Virus record (IMG/VR): IMGVR_UViG_3300020193_000003
DNA length: 64,000 nucleotides
Origin: a virus
Reading direction: 5' to 3' (one strand)
The notes beneath the pieces are model-generated. The model was given only the letters and a program-made list of their open reading frames with translations, made no database searches and was not told the DNA's origin. Each line of letters opens with the position of its first letter. Positions within the stretch are counted from its first letter, which is position 1. Both the position numbers and the translations under genes were made by a program. Shown here one piece after another: positions 63,901-64,000 of this stretch.

Positions 63901-64000
63901 AGATATCCAACCTGCCTGGCACCGCGAGGGCGAGGGACGGCGGGGCGTTCGACACGAGCCCGGCGGGAATAATAAGGAGGATCGTCGCCGCGGTCCGCAA
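54945..64000 (+). CDS. Giant prohead protease-led multi-module protein (>=3018 aa, 3'-truncated); putative polyprotein
   Basis: ATG at 54945. No in-frame stop found on reading, and the ORF track lists no terminated ORF in this frame. N-terminal VVWGHDW..PIG, EWSIGY, ELYEVSPV..GAN (HK97-type protease); recurring [DE]AGM[SA]. Confidence 0.9.
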   Translation, partial: MTNQQTSDDLDYLYKSLNGQINVDEAQGIVEAFVAGVGNKDAVGDICLPGCFTSSLKRRKPRVVWGHDWNSPIGKVLEIYEVGPNDPRLPAKMRKAGIGGLYARVQFNLKAEKGREAFANVSFFGMEQEWSIGYKTLDAVFDPVQTANLLKEVELYEVSPVLHGANQLTGTISIKADEAETQTKEGQEKAGKPVLRDPKGGLTAAGRAHFKRTEGANLKPGVMGAADTPEKMRRKGSFLTRFFTNPSGPMKKPNGKPSRLALSAAAWGEPVPQNASDASALAAKGRRLLERYENSKKNKKKDDADSVENKNYVAAIYSATSAQQNETFGRASELTRALAARFGGPVRLVTADNDIAVFEMGAGASVETMRVAYHYDGDEFMFGTAQQVKPETVYIPINQTTSGQTVGGVTTGITPNVGHHAGHVGHEGHCCPSCGNGGNCDASVALTRGESPRIAFMKLKSLGDQLNFEVVPVNGGFLLKGFGFLSVEAQNFVVNKIEQGMSRKFVNPTGMAMRRGLGVPNIGGAVRGFNVDMNPFTARDADLDKLVLEGNPLVNMGRGVPDPTPFGIPDGPRFGDPNIPRVSDRMNQRRPLMMPAVPEPTEVPEPAKEPKPVTEPSPFVPKPNRPPTPVPQPEPETEPVVPVPVPEPEREPVPVRPQPIRPTVPVRPLVPTGRRRIPKRLAEDLARADSFDRPSRQTRQRRLRDQGIDEMRRLMLLDGPEAGMSNQDSRPFVGRTDIESREREFYELMLDERRADDARTTGDTSVLRPRILDDILEYLGDENEDDPDYVPSADEIASLAQELAEEAVEKFINEDYYVGGSSSNPVYRGRNNRDLWPRRDEIFRKFSGGDGEAGMSRGGGGPDELADRFRQAREEREQPGSRGLDDDTSAMFRQAEDSLRGSFRPKTNEVDRYEYSDRDNINAMRSQAEIMRTDYNDEEAAQLFEQAADILEDRLAMPKDGEIVDDGTEVERELLEAERIGLANLSARREKMRDSGMSPDYSVRSPSWRGQGEFWLDTSTGRIFYRDSTDFEDGDGFDGEFVDIAGVQSQDADWIRESLLANWDSIGFNARGDFVYRGVDFGQAMDPNDPPPPLDNRGELIPNQEVVIFSAEQIASRPRTRDDDIVDGEIVDGDAGMAGPNRNRRRGRAVRIDSEETLEEVFRRRRNGEDISDMMEDIDLPNPGDRAITDPPPGADAGMAGRARTREENADLGRRIWLARTHDKLSLDEAGRRFRTSRQRARQLELLHHKYLRNLGQYHANRLARAMVDDPMTGLTDAEADLLRRRLDGELLEEAAERLRTDRFAIRRMEQLALAKLRNRMIDDGPSGAMAPSRGGRAVDAARPKAPGAERPGSRRRRNAVDPSFIEILDSLKESGEDGLTNAQRVRLAALMRFRRVISNKIDQLMVGGSRRRRLSAVAPEVDQLNKSMRGPFSSLAEAAKITTGSPRDFVSSAIKVANGEQDPLDIDGPINVQVFEALRATNDDFAAVARSLGMDEEVVRLRAAAHTLRLLASAMPVRMGVHRRLESSGDALTSIERYIVRAWLNGASDLDIAERMGDGFDAARVGATKVTALTKLRVDVNSPEMRSRVVDGRIFYDEFGLFVELTDDAGVTTYNRIGDGPMSMMDDDASGGMSAPKRRVVFADFGDGGREYVVTRTVQRDRANPSMESVMMMPVRGDDQATVSTLIGRQLLGDDRGANLEFPAILLKSDGRITGVADLSGNAVRFYGSRVINGSTPRVAERVDAIRANDSAARTKMDQDVEGAERRLRGLMRALDHLISTGDWIGGDANVTGRVPEYATMMRYGLDSDDDGTPITPRNRTKEQFELDEAEFFLSRYPNASDDRVEQHVQQATSDRLAQVSRKVDIAKKELDRLQHVRDSKEVRRSQNVVDLETLDDETARMLADETRFLASMSGQDYDAAGVSKGADGFAYVVHKGPDRLSGGVLDPRMSAGVAGRAGSVAGQGDTRGANRTYVARFLQSAEAKSDMVRHSSDLAARIARGEAVVTAHPSIRGALRAQSQLLSRAFGEGGVLNMENFDEARVAAIVADVNRFVDAQKRDLQRYQKIRDSLTKFGGRDMDQMLSAESDATRAVGSLNFYGRYADFDLPRDIVSFSPGFTDGLTRRWTPVDETMLDRWELTGSLRGGAFLAAGRLDAEIVRGGLLGPSGESQIIAPLKPLIGISTPVRITDDVAPSDPKFLVQSLGPALMARAIKMHKRDGFVDIETVLTDPDLAPQGYVARTGDAEAGMAALEPRRPILDERGRLDPVLTRDEAYLDDREERGLPDGPMQRLLVPQTPSTFIEAPPGDLTPETRRAPWAIGYTSSEADIAIGLDEDYPERLVHVVAPSALPPDNAKFPVSESGPHLMLDREPLDFLVHVLNDINRMTVEEREASERSLSDRGFEIERSEFDPPDDFTPRERHPTYLVVDIRGEPQLQGPTGTGTTRIIRVREILRFRLSSQADESQPGGGPFWRRIDPEAVARGEPGRTTTESLGYMDFVIDVDPTYDGDLLDGEREVRIKPESIIGRIVSAEELSVSSHVTRQIYQGDGVRFMRYPRPYGRSGGDAEAGMALAPRTADLVARTEKYFPSDDRNDWLIPESVMPDREQAELLGLLRDALGGKGLTLGGEQRWRMLLLKAESLRRVQSLRGELPHERDEIGVSMYDTFAADTDTGYGQLIPFVEPGTTTHIRYDKSGNPVEYIPVRIGRSIADAATFEYHPASQVKYALILSGRQLRTWNHPEGTAPGVSRRVASWDDEGVELDVLSEEIRFQASRTRQMDELLGFTGDSPQKIIFALRRAASDKSPRLRDRFVYDPYGYVVLSDAPWREEDSVVALRRSENFADLQRLIAGIKKDEKSVKVTQVVGYKPGSKTRPSLVDRVIRSPRVVSGVVDEITGEFVLDGNGTPHVVGYLPDGSPIAVEISDLVYDRVSPRRADDEFSPSRNRAPGGDAEAGMSSPTKSNLYNYIRMRLRGDGDDQDRDYIEISNLPGTARARDGGAFDTSPAGIIRRIVAAVR

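Overview
This 64-kb window is part of a large, high-GC contractile-tail (myovirus-like) phage genome. The host is probably an actinobacterium: there is an r1t-type holin, and five genes have a -10 box exactly 6 nt before the start codon, which points to leaderless mRNAs. Layout: (1) 1-21.4 kb is a modification island. It is bracketed by two convergent, paralogous modules, each a tail-fibre C-terminal domain followed by an FnIII-like protein with a proline-rich tetrapeptide array (PPV[T/S] x15 and PP[F/Y/C]F x14). Between them lie 12 Fe(II)/2-oxoglutarate oxygenase genes, 3 glutathione-peroxidase-fold genes, a radical SAM-SPASM enzyme, a GT61-like glycosyltransferase, 2 sulfotransferase-like genes and a possible methyltransferase. 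(2) 21.4-44.7 kb (minus strand) holds fibre, baseplate, tape measure, a -1 frameshifted tail chaperone, tube, sheath and neck genes. (3) 44.7-52.4 kb holds a ParB/PAPS-reductase (IbrAB-like) trio, RuvC, HNH, a PD-(D/E)xK nuclease, a Rad52-like annealase and the large terminase, plus a candidate structured ncRNA. (4) 52.6-64 kb (plus strand) holds a portal-MuF fusion and a giant ORF that the supplied track misses (54945 to beyond the window end, >=3018 codons). This ORF begins with an HK97-type prohead protease and is divided into unrelated modules by a recurring, synonymously recoded [D/E]-A-G-M-[S/A] motif. It is a candidate self-processing virion cargo polyprotein carrying sigma-70 region-4-like and possible ADP-ribosyltransferase-like modules. 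All family assignments come from motif recognition by eye, not database searches.
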